From positions 32,001 to 96,000 of the forward strand of contig CAVVYZ010000017.1 in assembly GCA_963752595.1 (NCBI GenBank): 64,000 bases of DNA, written 5' to 3'. The stretch is from an uncultured delta proteobacterium. Its GTDB lineage: Bacteria; Desulfobacterota; Desulfomonilia; UBA1062. Under the pieces are notes generated by a model, which had not been told where the DNA came from, searched no databases, and saw only the letters and a list, made by a program, of their open reading frames with translations. Positions 9,575 to 20,879 of this stretch are shown here, piece after piece. The stretch's first letter is position 1; each line of letters starts with the position of its first letter. Made by a program: the position numbers and the translations under genes.

Positions 9575-10306
9575 TTAGCCTTTCTTGTTCGCACCCGTTT
9601 TTGCCACAAGATTCCCGGCTTTCAGCAGGCTCTCTGTGGTGCCTGCATCGGTCCACCAGCCATTCAGTTTCGACCAGTGCATCGTCTTTGCCTTGATATA
9701 GGCATTATTCACATCGGTTATCTCCAGCTCGCCTCGCTCGGAAGGTGTAAGCCCGCTTATGATATCGAACACCATGGAATCGTACATATAGATACCTATA
9801 ACCGAGTAACTGCTCTTGGGATCCTTAGGCTTTTCCTCGATCTGGACAATCTTGTCTCCCTCAAAAACGGGAACACCGAATCTTTCGGGATCCGGCACAT
9901 CCTTGAGCATGATCCTCGCACCGCCTCCTTGTTTTTTGTACGCATCGACAGCCTGGATGATATTCATCTCTATGATGTTGTCTCCGAGCACCACGCATAT
10001 CGGTCTGCCCTCGGAAAAAGATTCGGCGAGGCTCAAGGCTTCGGCAATTCCGCCCTCTCCTTCCTGGTACGCATAATGGATACGGCTCAGACCGAACTCC
10101 TTCCCGTTTCCCAGGAGCCTCAGAAAGTCACCTGCATTGTTTCCTCCGGTCACAACCATGATCTCCTTGATACCGGCATTGGTAAGGGTTTCGATTGGAT
10201 AGTAGATCATGGGTTTATCATAGACCGGAAGCAAATGCTTGTTCGTTACCTTCGTCAGGGGATAGAGCCTTGTTCCAAGGCCTCCTGCCAGGACAACTCC
10301 TCTCAT
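9575..10306 (-). CDS. Sugar-phosphate nucleotidyltransferase (RmlA/SpsI-like glucose-1-phosphate thymidylyltransferase)
   Basis: LAGGLGTRLYPLT, EEKP, SERGELEITD, WTDAGT; short 243-aa form. Confidence 0.88.
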   Translation of the reverse strand: MRGVVLAGGLGTRLYPLTKVTNKHLLPVYDKPMIYYPIETLTNAGIKEIMVVTGGNNAGDFLRLLGNGKEFGLSRIHYAYQEGEGGIAEALSLAESFSEGRPICVVLGDNIIEMNIIQAVDAYKKQGGGARIMLKDVPDPERFGVPVFEGDKIVQIEEKPKDPKSSYSVIGIYMYDSMVFDIISGLTPSERGELEITDVNNAYIKAKTMHWSKLNGWWTDAGTTESLLKAGNLVAKTGANKKG

Positions 10307-10366
10307 TATTGCCTCCTTATCACGTATGCGTTATCTCTCAGTATCGCGCAATGGAGAGATATCTTA

Positions 10367-11152
10367 TCACATCTTTGCACGGCTCTTGTCCTTTGCCGGA
10401 CAAGGATCCTCGTACTGTACTCCCACAAGGTACAACCCCTGAGGAGGCGCCGTAGGACCTGCGAGGGCACGGTCCTTCACCGCAATGATCCTCTGTATGT
10501 CATCAGCCTCCATTCTCCCCTGGCCTATCAGGATCAAGGTGCCTAAAATGTTTCTTACCATATGTCGTAAAAAGCCGCTACCTTCGATCAAGAAGTATAC
10601 CTTGGTATCCCTCATGAAGATCTCAGATACATGAATTCTCCTTATGGTGGTCTTAACAGCGGAACCTGCACCCATGAAAGAGCTGAAGTCGTGCTCCCCC
10701 ATAAGCATTCCGGCGGAGATCCTCATGGCTTCGATATCCAACCTTCCGGGAAGGTGCAGGGCATATCTCATGAGAAAAGGGCTGAAGTTTCCCGATGTTT
10801 CTATCACATAAACATAGGTTTTTGATTTGGCACTAAACCTTGCATGGAAGCCAGGGCATACTTCTTCTACATGGGTAACTCTTATATCCCCGGGCAGCAC
10901 GGAATTCATTGCCTTCAAAAGTCCTTCTTCAGGTATGTCTGATGGAGCGTAAAAATTTATTACCTGCCCGATGGCATGGACCCCGGCATCAGTCCGCCCT
11001 GAAGAAATAACCCGAGTTTCATGTTTAAGTATCGTCGAAAGAGCTTTCTCAACCGTTTCCTGGACCGTCTTCGGCCCTGACTGTAACTGCCATCCGTGAT
11101 AACCGGATCCGTCATAGGAAAGAATTGTCTTAATGTTCCTCATGTTAGGCAT
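10367..11152 (-). CDS. truA: tRNA pseudouridine(38-40) synthase
   Basis: SGRTDAGVHA, FHARFSA, GFLRHMVR; start at ATG 11152 or 11143. Confidence 0.95.
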   Translation of the reverse strand: MPNMRNIKTILSYDGSGYHGWQLQSGPKTVQETVEKALSTILKHETRVISSGRTDAGVHAIGQVINFYAPSDIPEEGLLKAMNSVLPGDIRVTHVEEVCPGFHARFSAKSKTYVYVIETSGNFSPFLMRYALHLPGRLDIEAMRISAGMLMGEHDFSSFMGAGSAVKTTIRRIHVSEIFMRDTKVYFLIEGSGFLRHMVRNILGTLILIGQGRMEADDIQRIIAVKDRALAGPTAPPQGLYLVGVQYEDPCPAKDKSRAKM

Positions 11153-11202
11153 ACTTCTTGCCGATGAAATATATGAATATATGAAAGAGAGGCAAGGGAA
11201 AT

Positions 11203-11559
11203 ATGTTTTCATTCAACATGTCTTGTAAATTTTTAGGAACTCTTTCACTGAACGTAACCTGCTCCGGCCAGGAATTATCCTTCTGGGGCACAACCAGGGA
11301 ACTGGGCGCAAAAGATTTTTGCTTGGCTGTTCCTACCACGAGGATAAAAACTACATTTTCACAGATACTGAACGAGAATGTAACCATTGCGTGCGAAAGT
11401 GTACTCCTGGAGGGAAATGTGAGCTGGTACACCATCGAAGGAGATTATTATCTCATCGGTATCAGCATCGGTAAGGCCCATCGGTCAGCCTGGAAGAATC
11501 TCTTGTCCGAGAAGTCGAAGGTTTCTCTGCATGCGGAAGTCCGGCATGTCTCGCCTTAA
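11203..11559 (+). CDS. Small hypothetical protein, possibly PilZ-like beta-barrel
   Basis: Fills the gap between truA and the M16 peptidase; beta-strand pattern LEGNVSW...YLIGISI. Confidence 0.5.
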   Translation: MFSFNMSCKFLGTLSLNVTCSGQELSFWGTTRELGAKDFCLAVPTTRIKTTFSQILNENVTIACESVLLEGNVSWYTIEGDYYLIGISIGKAHRSAWKNLLSEKSKVSLHAEVRHVSP

Positions 11560-12815
11560 GCGAGAGTGAGGCTCCCCACACCTTCCTCGTCCAGCTTTCC
11601 GAGTGTTACCAGGGTCATCTTGGATTCCTGAAATATATCACCAGACAGATTCACAATATCATCAGCTTGAACGCCTTCGATATGCTCAATAATCTCTTCT
11701 ACCGGGATATCTCTTCCATAATAAATCTCATTTTTTGCAAGCGATGACATCCGGTTCACGGTGTTTTCCCGGGAAAGCAGGAGATTCCCCTTTATCTGCG
11801 TTTTTACATCATCGAGTGAGATGCCCCCGAAATCACCCGTTTTGAGCTTTCTCAATTGATCCGATACGACATCGATGGTCTGCCTCACATAATTCGGCGT
11901 CGTAGCTGCATATATTGCCAGCACACCGCGATCTCGGTAAGAAATTAAATACGAATAGATGGAATAGGCCAGACCCAGTTTCTCCCTCGCCTCCTGGAAG
12001 AGCATGGAACTCATCGAGCCCCCCAGAATGGTATTGAGGGCGATATAAGACCAGCGCGTCTCATCCTTCACGGAAGCGCCTTTCGCCCCCAAGGTAATAT
12101 GAACCTGCTCGATGTCCCTATCGTATACCTTGGTCCTTCCTGTGAGAGACGGGATGGGGTCATCCCCCCCTTGTCTTTCCCCTGAGGGTTTCAGATCTCT
12201 GAATCTGCTCGCTGCCAGATTTACGAGCTTTGTATGTTCAAGATTCCCTACTGCAGATATGATGATGGAAGGTGATGAATAAAACGCAGAGAGAAAATCA
12301 AGGACGTTCTGCCTTTTAAATGAGCTTACGCTTTCAAGGGTTCCGAGAATGGGCACACCCAACGATGAACCCTGGAAAAAATCCTCAGCAAAGAGATCGG
12401 TGATATAGTCGTCGGGCGTATCTTCGGTCATCCTGATTTCCTGGAGGACGACCTTTTTCTCCTTGTCCAGCTCCTCCGAGTCGATTTCCGAATTCAGGAA
12501 GAGGTCAAAGAGAACACCCGATGCCTTTTCGAGATACTCATCGAGCACCCTCGTGTAATACACCGTATATTCCTTGGCTGTCTGGGCGTTCAGGACACCT
12601 CCCAGCGCATCGATCTCCTTTGCGATCTGGACTGCACTTCTCTGCTTCGTGCCTTTGAAGAGCATGTGCTCGGTAAAGTGGGCGATCCCTGAGCAATCAG
12701 AAGGGTCATGCCGGGAGCCAACGCTTACCCATACCCCCAGAGAAACGGAGCGCACCTCCGGCATTTTTTCCGAGATGATGCGGACTCCGTTGTCGAGAAC
12801 TGTTGTAGAGACCAT
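11556..12815 (-). CDS. M16 family (pitrilysin-like) zinc peptidase
   Basis: HFTEHMLFKGT inverted zincin motif; usual position after pnp. Confidence 0.93.
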   Translation of the reverse strand: MVSTTVLDNGVRIISEKMPEVRSVSLGVWVSVGSRHDPSDCSGIAHFTEHMLFKGTKQRSAVQIAKEIDALGGVLNAQTAKEYTVYYTRVLDEYLEKASGVLFDLFLNSEIDSEELDKEKKVVLQEIRMTEDTPDDYITDLFAEDFFQGSSLGVPILGTLESVSSFKRQNVLDFLSAFYSSPSIIISAVGNLEHTKLVNLAASRFRDLKPSGERQGGDDPIPSLTGRTKVYDRDIEQVHITLGAKGASVKDETRWSYIALNTILGGSMSSMLFQEAREKLGLAYSIYSYLISYRDRGVLAIYAATTPNYVRQTIDVVSDQLRKLKTGDFGGISLDDVKTQIKGNLLLSRENTVNRMSSLAKNEIYYGRDIPVEEIIEHIEGVQADDIVNLSGDIFQESKMTLVTLGKLDEEGVGSLTLA

Positions 12816-12821
12816 GCAGTA

Positions 12822-14909
12822 TCAGCGATTGGTGTCGTTGAGGGCTTCTTTCCGGCTGAGACGGATCTTGCCGGTCTTGCTGTCTATGCCGATAACCTTG
12901 ACAACGACCTCGTCACCCTCCTTTACAACATCTCTGACACTCTGCACCCTCTCATTCGAAAGCTGGGATATGTGAACCAGCCCGGACTCACCCGACGGAA
13001 AATCAACAAAGGCTCCGAAATCCATGATCTTGGCGACGACGCCGCTGTAAACCCGCCCAAGCTCCATTTCCTTGGTGAGTGCCTGTATCATATCCACAGC
13101 CATCTTGGCATGATCTTCATCCGGGGAGAAGATATCCACCCGGCCGGAATCATCTATTTCAATCTTGGTTTCCGTCTTTGCAATAATATCCTTTATGATT
13201 TTGCCGCCAGGACCGATGACATCCCTGATCTTGTCAGGATTGATACTCAGGGTGAAGATCCGCGGCGCATATGCAGATATGGTATCCCTCGGCCGGTCTA
13301 GCGTCTCGCTCATCTTCTCGAGAATAGAAAGCCTTGCCAGCCTTGCCTTTTCCAGCGCTTCTGCAAGAACCTGCTCGGGTAACCCGGAGATCTTGATATC
13401 CATCTGCAGCGCGGTGACGCCGTCCGAAGTACCGGCAACCTTGAAGTCCATATCACCCAGGTGATCTTCATCTCCAAGGATATCTGTAAGGATCATATAA
13501 ACGTCATCTTCCTTGATGAGCCCCATGGCTATGCCGGCTACCGGCTTTCTCACTGGAACCCCTGCATCCATCAGAGACAGGGAACCCCCGCAGATCGTAG
13601 CCATGGAGGATGATCCGTTCGATTCAAGGATCTCCGAAACGAGCCTGATGGTATACGGGAATGTTCCCTCTTCGGGGAGCACTTTGCTCAGAGCTCTTTC
13701 AGCGAGATTGCCGTGCCCGATCTCCCGTCTGCTTGGGCCCCTGAGCATGCGGACTTCACCAACACTGAACGGAGGGAACGAGTAATGAAGCATGAAGGAC
13801 TTCGTCGTCTCGCCAAGAAGCGTCTCCACCCGCTGTTCGTCCCGTGGAGTTCCTAAGGTCGTCGTTGCGAGGGCCTGGGTTTCTCCGCGCGTAAAGAGCG
13901 CTGATCCATGCGTCCGCGGCAGGATACCCACCCTGCTTTGAATGGAACGTATCTCGTCAAACCCTCTGCCGTCGACTCGTGCCTTCCGCTCTTTCATGAA
14001 CTTGCGTACGATTTCCTTCTCGATTGCGGCAAAGGCCCCCTTGACGGTGAGAGATCTCTCTTCGGTATCATCGGAAAATTTTGCCAGAACCTCTGACTGA
14101 AGTATATCGATCTGGGCATGTCTCTGCTGTTTCGAGTGATTGCCTGCCATGATCTCTTCAACCCTTCCGCCGATGAGTCCCCTGATCTGCCCAAGAAGAT
14201 CCGGGTCTTCTTTCAGCGGATTATAGTTGCTCTTCGGTTTACCGGCCTTCTGCTTCAATTCCTCGACAGCTTCTACGACCTCAAGGATGCGATTGTGCGC
14301 AACGGCTATTGCATCGATGATGGTTTTTTCCGGAAGCTCATTGGCCTCCCCCTCCACCATGACGATGGCATCCCGTGTACCGACAACCATCAGCTCCATC
14401 TGGCTCTTTTCCAACTGGGAAACAGACGGGTCTATGACAAACTCCCCATCTATCAGGCCGACCCGTGCTGCACCGATGGGCCCGTTGAAGGGAATATTCG
14501 AAATGCTCAAAGCCGCCGAGGCTCCGTTGATGGCGAGGATATCAGGTGTAAACGCAGGGTCGGCTGAAAGCACCATTGCAATCACCTGGATTTCGTTCCG
14601 GTATCCCTTGGGGAACAATGGGCGGATGGGCCTGTCTATCGCCCGGGCAGTAAGGATCTCCTGGGCACCCGGCCTTCCGTCTCTCTTGATGAAACCGCCC
14701 TTTATTCTGCCTGCGGCATAACTCATCTCTTGATATTCAACGGTCAAAGGCAGGAAGTCGATACCCTTACGTTCCTCTTTTGCTGCGGTTGCAGTAACGA
14801 GGACTACGCTGTCACCCTGATAAACAAGAACGGAACCATCCGCTTGTCTGGCAACTTCTCCAACGGAAAAAATAAGCGGCGTGCCGCTGCCTCGTGCTTC
14901 TACTTTCAT
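12822..14909 (-). CDS. pnp: Polyribonucleotide nucleotidyltransferase
   Basis: RREIGHG, ESNGSSSMA, GDMDFKVAG, KH and S1 domains. Confidence 0.98.
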   Translation of the reverse strand: MKVEARGSGTPLIFSVGEVARQADGSVLVYQGDSVVLVTATAAKEERKGIDFLPLTVEYQEMSYAAGRIKGGFIKRDGRPGAQEILTARAIDRPIRPLFPKGYRNEIQVIAMVLSADPAFTPDILAINGASAALSISNIPFNGPIGAARVGLIDGEFVIDPSVSQLEKSQMELMVVGTRDAIVMVEGEANELPEKTIIDAIAVAHNRILEVVEAVEELKQKAGKPKSNYNPLKEDPDLLGQIRGLIGGRVEEIMAGNHSKQQRHAQIDILQSEVLAKFSDDTEERSLTVKGAFAAIEKEIVRKFMKERKARVDGRGFDEIRSIQSRVGILPRTHGSALFTRGETQALATTTLGTPRDEQRVETLLGETTKSFMLHYSFPPFSVGEVRMLRGPSRREIGHGNLAERALSKVLPEEGTFPYTIRLVSEILESNGSSSMATICGGSLSLMDAGVPVRKPVAGIAMGLIKEDDVYMILTDILGDEDHLGDMDFKVAGTSDGVTALQMDIKISGLPEQVLAEALEKARLARLSILEKMSETLDRPRDTISAYAPRIFTLSINPDKIRDVIGPGGKIIKDIIAKTETKIEIDDSGRVDIFSPDEDHAKMAVDMIQALTKEMELGRVYSGVVAKIMDFGAFVDFPSGESGLVHISQLSNERVQSVRDVVKEGDEVVVKVIGIDSKTGKIRLSRKEALNDTNR

Positions 14910-14917
14910 GATTACCT

Positions 14918-15187
14918 CTACTTCCGGAGATTGAGTGACTGGACGAGTTCCCTATATCGTTTGACGTCTCTGTCTTTGATGTAGTTGAGGAGCCTTCTCC
15001 TCTGTCCTACGAGCATCAACAGCCCTCTCCTTGAATGATGATCCTTTTTATGGATCTTGAAATGTTCCGTGAGATCATTGATCCGCTTCGTCAGTATCGC
15101 TACCTGAACATCGGGAGAACCGGTATCACTGTCATGTCTCTTGAACTGACTGATTATCTCTTTTTTCTTGTCAACGCTTAAACCCAC
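14918..15187 (-). CDS. rpsO: 30S ribosomal protein S15
   Basis: [20 protein letters not shown]; GTG start with AGGAGG. Confidence 0.98.
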   Translation of the reverse strand: MGLSVDKKKEIISQFKRHDSDTGSPDVQVAILTKRINDLTEHFKIHKKDHHSRRGLLMLVGQRRRLLNYIKDRDVKRYRELVQSLNLRK

Positions 15188-15270
15188 TTTTTTTCCTCCT
15201 GCCTACCTTTCTACTATACTATGTTATCCAACGCCGGAAATTAACATACCATTGATTCTGCTGTAAATAG

Positions 15271-16173
15271 CTAATCGAGGAGAAATCCACGTTCAATATA
15301 TCCCCAGATACCTCCTGAAGGCTGGTACCTTGCTACACACAACAATTGTCCATCCGAATTTGTCATGGCAACATAATTCCCTTCGCAGAATTCCGATTCA
15401 TCCATAACCCACGAAAACTGAATGGGGTTGCCTTCCATAATTCCTTTCTGCCCCATGGGTATCACACGCGCCTTCGGTATATGCAGAGCATTTGTGAGAG
15501 GGATGGTGACATCGGCACCACACTCAACCTTCCCTGCAAGCTCATCAAGCGTCAGGGCTTCTTCGATCCGGAAGCCTTCGCTCCTCAGTCTTCTCAAATC
15601 CCGCAGGTAACCCCCATGCCCCAGTGAAGCACCAAGGTCTCTTGCAATGGACCGTATATACGTCCCCCTGGAACAGACAATACGGACTTCCATCCAGTCG
15701 CTGCCGGAACGTAGGACCTCGGCATCCTCAATATATACCTGCTTCTCGCGAGGCTGAACATCCATATTCGCTCTTGTCAGCTTATAGAGAGGCTTTCCCT
15801 GGTACTTCTGAGCACAATACCGGGGAGGAACCTGATTGATCCATCCCTGGTTCTCATTAAACCACCGGATCGCCGAATCAAGATCGACCGTGACCCCTTT
15901 AAAATGCTCGATGGGATTCCCGGTAATATCATCGGTATCTGTCATCATATCAAAACCGATGGTTGCAATATATTCTTTCTGGTGGGCATGCATGAACGGA
16001 AGAAGCTTTGTCCCCTGCCCTATACCTATGCACAGAAGCCCAGTGGCAAACGGATCGAGCGAGCCGAAATGGCCGGCCCGTTTCACCTTCAGGGTTTTCA
16101 TCACATGATCGACGACTTTGCGTGAGGTGATGTCTTTTTGTTTGTCTATGAGAACTACGCCTTGCTTACCCAC
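15271..16173 (-). CDS. truB: tRNA pseudouridine(55) synthase
   Basis: GHFGSLDPFATGLL, CSRGTYIRSIARDLG. Confidence 0.95.
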   Translation of the reverse strand: MGKQGVVLIDKQKDITSRKVVDHVMKTLKVKRAGHFGSLDPFATGLLCIGIGQGTKLLPFMHAHQKEYIATIGFDMMTDTDDITGNPIEHFKGVTVDLDSAIRWFNENQGWINQVPPRYCAQKYQGKPLYKLTRANMDVQPREKQVYIEDAEVLRSGSDWMEVRIVCSRGTYIRSIARDLGASLGHGGYLRDLRRLRSEGFRIEEALTLDELAGKVECGADVTIPLTNALHIPKARVIPMGQKGIMEGNPIQFSWVMDESEFCEGNYVAMTNSDGQLLCVARYQPSGGIWGYIERGFLLD

Positions 16174-17084
16174 TTCATTCCTTCCTCGATCACCTGCTCT
16201 ATGAGCTCATCCGCACGTCCTTTGACCGTAAACCCGGCCGCCATGCCGTGTCCGCCCCCGCCAAAGGCTCGAGCGGTCTTTAATGCAGCCTCGGTGCCCT
16301 TGCTCCGTATCGATGCGTGAACCGTATCCGGATTCATCTCTCTTAACAATATGACGAGCTCTGCACCGCCTAATGAGGCAAGCTCTTCGATGATCCCGGA
16401 GGCATCGTCAGGAGCTGCCCGTATATCGCCGAAATCACGGTATCGGATGTAGCTCCCGAATATCCTGCCGGACTGGATGATCCTGTCCATTATCATGCAG
16501 AGGATCTGATAATACTTCAGGCTCCTGTTTTTTTTTAGTTTGTATGCGATCTGATTTGGGTCTGCGCCTGCCTTTGTCAATTCGTAGGCCGTTTTGAAAA
16601 CCTTCGGCGTAGTATTGGAATGGATAAATCCCCCAGTATCACCAAAAAGGCCCATATAAATATTTGAAGCAATGGCCGGGGTAATATCCAGATCCATTGC
16701 CCGGATCAGGTCGTACACCATCTCCGAGGCTGAGGACTTTTTGGGATCGATCCAGCAAGCGATGCCCGGTTGTTCTTTCGTTCTGTGATGATCGATTACC
16801 ACGATCTCTCCGAGAGGCTTGACCCCGCCGAGAAGCTGCATATCGGATACATCCACAAGTATGGATATCTGGGGGGTGATCCCTTTTGTCTGTTTCGGCT
16901 CCGGCGTGAAGAGGAGAGAGTCAGGAATCGGGGATGGATATACCAGACGGACGGTTTTCCCAAGGAGGTTCAGGGCAAGAGCAAGAGCTCGACTCGAGCC
17001 GACGGAATCTTCATCGGGCCCCTCGTGAGTAATGATCTCGAAACGATCATATTCTTTAATTAGCTCAATTATCCGGTTCTTCAT
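16155..17084 (-). CDS. DHH/DHHA1 phosphoesterase (NrnA-like nanoRNase)
   Basis: HEGPDEDS, IDHH, DTGGF, GGGGH. Confidence 0.9.
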   Translation of the reverse strand: MKNRIIELIKEYDRFEIITHEGPDEDSVGSSRALALALNLLGKTVRLVYPSPIPDSLLFTPEPKQTKGITPQISILVDVSDMQLLGGVKPLGEIVVIDHHRTKEQPGIACWIDPKKSSASEMVYDLIRAMDLDITPAIASNIYMGLFGDTGGFIHSNTTPKVFKTAYELTKAGADPNQIAYKLKKNRSLKYYQILCMIMDRIIQSGRIFGSYIRYRDFGDIRAAPDDASGIIEELASLGGAELVILLREMNPDTVHASIRSKGTEAALKTARAFGGGGHGMAAGFTVKGRADELIEQVIEEGMKWVSKA

Positions 17085-17427
17085 CCTTGTCCAGCTTTTC
17101 CAGAAGTTCGTCTATCTTCGTTCCATAATCAAAAGAAGCATCATAGATGAAAAAGATTTCCGGCACATGCTTAAGCCGAAGCTCTTTACTCAATTCATGC
17201 CGCATAAATCCTGCCGTGCTTTCGAGACCCTCTTTTGCATGTTCCTTTTTTTCAGCATCAAAAACACAGAAAAACACGCGACAGACACGCAGGTCAACAC
17301 TCACATCAACTCCGGTAATCGTAACCCCTTCTACCCGCGGGTCCTTTACCTTTCGTTGCAAAAGTTCCGCTATAGTCTGCTTCAGGAGGTCACCGACTCG
17401 TGCCTGCCTTTTCGTAACAAGCTTCAT
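17065..17427 (-). CDS. rbfA: Ribosome-binding factor A
   Basis: VKDPRV, LRLKHVPEIFF; operon context. Confidence 0.95.
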   Translation of the reverse strand: MKLVTKRQARVGDLLKQTIAELLQRKVKDPRVEGVTITGVDVSVDLRVCRVFFCVFDAEKKEHAKEGLESTAGFMRHELSKELRLKHVPEIFFIYDASFDYGTKIDELLEKLDKDEEPDN

Positions 17428-17708
17428 AAATGCATTATCTCCGCCTGATGATACGTAAGCTCGATATCGGGATGCTCTGACAGAGAGTAGGTAATCCTGT
17501 CGAGAATCGAGTTAATATATCCTGCATCATTGCTCGTAACCGCAAAACCCATGGTGGATGTCTGCCATTTGTCCTGGTCTCCCACCTCGGCTACTGAGAC
17601 GTTCATTTTCAAAAATCGATCTTTCAGGGATTTCAACACCCTCCGCTTATCTTTGAGCGATTGCGCCCCCATTATCGTAAACTTGACCTCAAGGGCACCG
17701 ATTACCAC
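17424..17708 (-). CDS. DUF503 (YlxP) family protein
   Basis: [20 protein letters not shown]; lies between infB and rbfA. Confidence 0.88.
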   Translation of the reverse strand: MVIGALEVKFTIMGAQSLKDKRRVLKSLKDRFLKMNVSVAEVGDQDKWQTSTMGFAVTSNDAGYINSILDRITYSLSEHPDIELTYHQAEIMHL

Positions 17709-20316
17709 TGATGCGATGTCTCCACTTTCTGCTGGGTATACGCCTCTATGACATCTCCTACCTTCAAATCATTATATCCACCGAGACCGATTCCGCATTC
17801 ATATCCTGCTGCGACTTCTCGAGCATCATCCTTGAACCGTCTCAACGACTGATCTTTCCATCATGGATAACGACATTGTCCCGCAAGAGTCGTGCGCTTG
17901 CACCTCGCAGGATATGGCCATCGGTCACCATACATCCGGCAATAACACCGATCTTGGGAACCTTGAAAAGATCCCTTACCTGAGCCCTTCCCTGGATAAC
18001 CTCTTCGTAGACAGGCTCCAGCATTCCTGTCAAGGCGTGTTTGATATCCTCGATGAGGTCATAAATAATGGTATAGAGCTTGATATCAACACTGTACTTC
18101 TTGGCCAGCACGCGAGCAGTAGGTTCAGGCCTCACATTGAAGCCCAAGACGATCGCCTTGGCTGTCGAGGCAAGAAGAATGTCATTTTCCGTGATTCCGC
18201 CGACAGCAGAATGAATCACATTAATCCGCAAATCTTGGCCCGCTGTATCAATTCCTTTTACCGAGCCTTCGATCGCCTCGACAGATCCATGCACATCTCC
18301 CTTGATGATGAGATTGAGATCCTTGACTTTGCCTTCCTGCACCTGGCTGTAAAGGTCCTCGAGCGTAACTTTCTCTTTTATTTCCTGTTTCTGCATCTGC
18401 TGCATACTTTTCTCATTCTGGAAATAGGAAACGATTTCCTTGGCCTTCTTCTCATTGGGAACGGCAAAGAATGTATCTCCTGCAGAAGGGAGCTCGGAGA
18501 AGCCGAGGATCTCGACAGGCGTTGCAGGATCAGCCTTCTGAATCGGCTTCCCGGTAAAGTCTAACATCGCACGAGCCTTTCCCCATGTAGGACCGACCAC
18601 AAAAATATCCCCGCGGTTCAACTGGCCGCTCTGGATGAGCACGCTTGCCATGGGGCCTCTCGCTTTATCGAGTTTTGATTCAAGAACTATCCCTCGAGCA
18701 TGTCCTTTCGGATATGCCTTAATATCCATCACCTCTGCCTGGAGGAGGATCATTTCCAGCAGATCTTCCATACCGATGTGATTTTTCGCAGATACATCGA
18801 CATAAATGGTATCACCACCCCAGGATTCAGGCACGAGGCCGAGGTCTGACAATTGCTCTCTTACGCGTTGCGGATTCGCATTGGGTTTGTCGATCTTATT
18901 CACTGCAACCACAATGGGGATCTTAGCTGCCCGGGCATGATTTATCGCTTCTTTGGTCTGATCCATTACTCCATCGTCAGCTGCTACGACAAGGACTACG
19001 AAATCAGTTACCTGGGCACCCCTGGAACGCATGGATGTAAAGGCTTCATGACCCGGAGTATCAATAAATGTAATGGGCTTTCCCTTGCACTGAGCCTGGT
19101 ATGCGCCGATATGCTGAGTTATTCCTCCGAATTCGCTGTCAATAACATTCTCCTGTCTGATAGCATCAAGCAGCGACGTCTTCCCATGGTCGACATGCCC
19201 CATTACCGTGACAACCGGCGGCCTTGGTTCCAACTCTTCAGAGGTATATTCAGGGGGGGTAAGATAGATTTCCTTTATTTCATCACGTGCCTCTTCCACC
19301 TCAAAACCAAGCTCGTGCGAAACCAGCACAGCCTCTTCCGAACTGATATACTGGTTTTGATTTGCCATCACGCCAAGATCTATAAGGATCTTAATGACAT
19401 CAGAAGCCTTAACTCCCATTTCTTTTGCAAGGTTGGAAACCGTAATCGCCTTGCCTATGAGTATCTTTTTCTTCTTAGCAGGGGAAAGTACTGCTCCGAA
19501 CCTACGGTCTTTTTTCCTTTTCAGCTTCTTTCCAAAAGCCGATCGTTCCCCGCCATAGAGATCGGACTGGGTATAGACCTCCATCTCTTTAGGCTTTTTA
19601 ACCTTCTTGACCGCATGTCGTGCTGTTTTATCCTCAGTTTCAGTTACTTCGACAACTGCACCCTCGACCGGCTTACCCTTTTTCCCCTTCTTTTTATCCT
19701 TTTTCTTCTTATCTTCTTCCTTTTCCTCTTTGTTATCCCCGCTCACAGCCGGGACGACAGCCGGTTTTTGCTCTTCTGTTGAGGTCTCCTGCGCTATTTC
19801 CGGTTCTGCTTGCGTTTCCCGGATAACTGGTACTTCTTCTTTTTGCTCTGCAGGCTTTTCCTGAGGCTCTTCGATCGTTACTTCAGGAACAGCTTCGCTT
19901 GCAGGAACCTCACCACCCTCGATTTTTTCCTGTTTTTCTTCGGCCGCTTCAGTTGCTTTCTTTTTATCCCTCTTTTGAAGCTTCTTATCCGGCTCCTGAG
20001 TTATATCTTCTCCTGCCGTCGCTTCCAAAGGAGTCGCCTGCTCATCGGCAGGAGCGGTCGGCAAGGGTGTAACCCGAGCCCTTCGCCTGATAATATTCGC
20101 GCTGACACGTTTCTCTACATAAACATCCTCAAGCGGCTGGTCCGGCTGTTTTTCGGTATCTTTCTGGAATCTCTTCTTTATCCTGTCAATATCGTGAACA
20201 TCGATCATACTCATATTGTTCTCGACAGAGATCGCAAGATCCTTGGCAATTTTCAACAGATCCTTGGGATCTACCGACAAATCCTTAGCTAACTCAAAAA
20301 CCCTCATTTTTTTCAT
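17702..20316 (-). CDS. infB: Translation initiation factor IF-2, with one apparent frameshift near 17848
   Basis: [21 protein letters not shown]; C-terminus [12 protein letters not shown]...GYECGI continues in another frame to TAA at 17702. Confidence 0.95.
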
Positions 20317-20879
20317 ACAGCCAGCCCCTTGGAAGAAAGCTTTCCATACTTCTGCAGGTCCATCTCCAGCATGGATATCATGGGACAGCCATGATGAACG
20401 AGAAAACCCCTGCTCCCTTCCCCAAAGATGGAGGGCAAGTAAAAGGTTTTCAATCTGCGGCTCAAAGCAGTTGTATGCACGTTCTCTATCTCTTCTGGAG
20501 GATTATCATGGCTTATAAGGACAAGATCATCCCCCCGGATCAATTTCTCATCTTCCGGGATACCATGGAGATACCCCATCTTTTCACATAATTTTACGTT
20601 TTTCTCTATCGCTTTCAATATAATATCTTGTACCTCTCGTATTACTTCGTCAACACTTTCCCGTTTCCTGAAATATTCCGCTCTAATCCTTTTATTTCTA
20701 AACGCCTCTCGGAGGCATTTTTCATCCGGGCACAGATAAAAGCCTCTGCCCGGTTGCTTATTGTCACCATCGAAAATCACCGTTCCCGATGGCGTTTTCA
20801 TAAATCTCAATAACCTCTCTTTGGAAGTTACGATCCTGCAACCTATGCACTGCCTAACAGGTATATGCCTACCGTCCAC
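20313..20879 (-). CDS. YlxR/DUF448 protein with a C-terminal extension (possibly L7Ae-like)
   Basis: PVRQCIGCR, GRGFYLC; lies between nusA and infB. Confidence 0.8.
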   Translation of the reverse strand: MDGRHIPVRQCIGCRIVTSKERLLRFMKTPSGTVIFDGDNKQPGRGFYLCPDEKCLREAFRNKRIRAEYFRKRESVDEVIREVQDIILKAIEKNVKLCEKMGYLHGIPEDEKLIRGDDLVLISHDNPPEEIENVHTTALSRRLKTFYLPSIFGEGSRGFLVHHGCPMISMLEMDLQKYGKLSSKGLAV

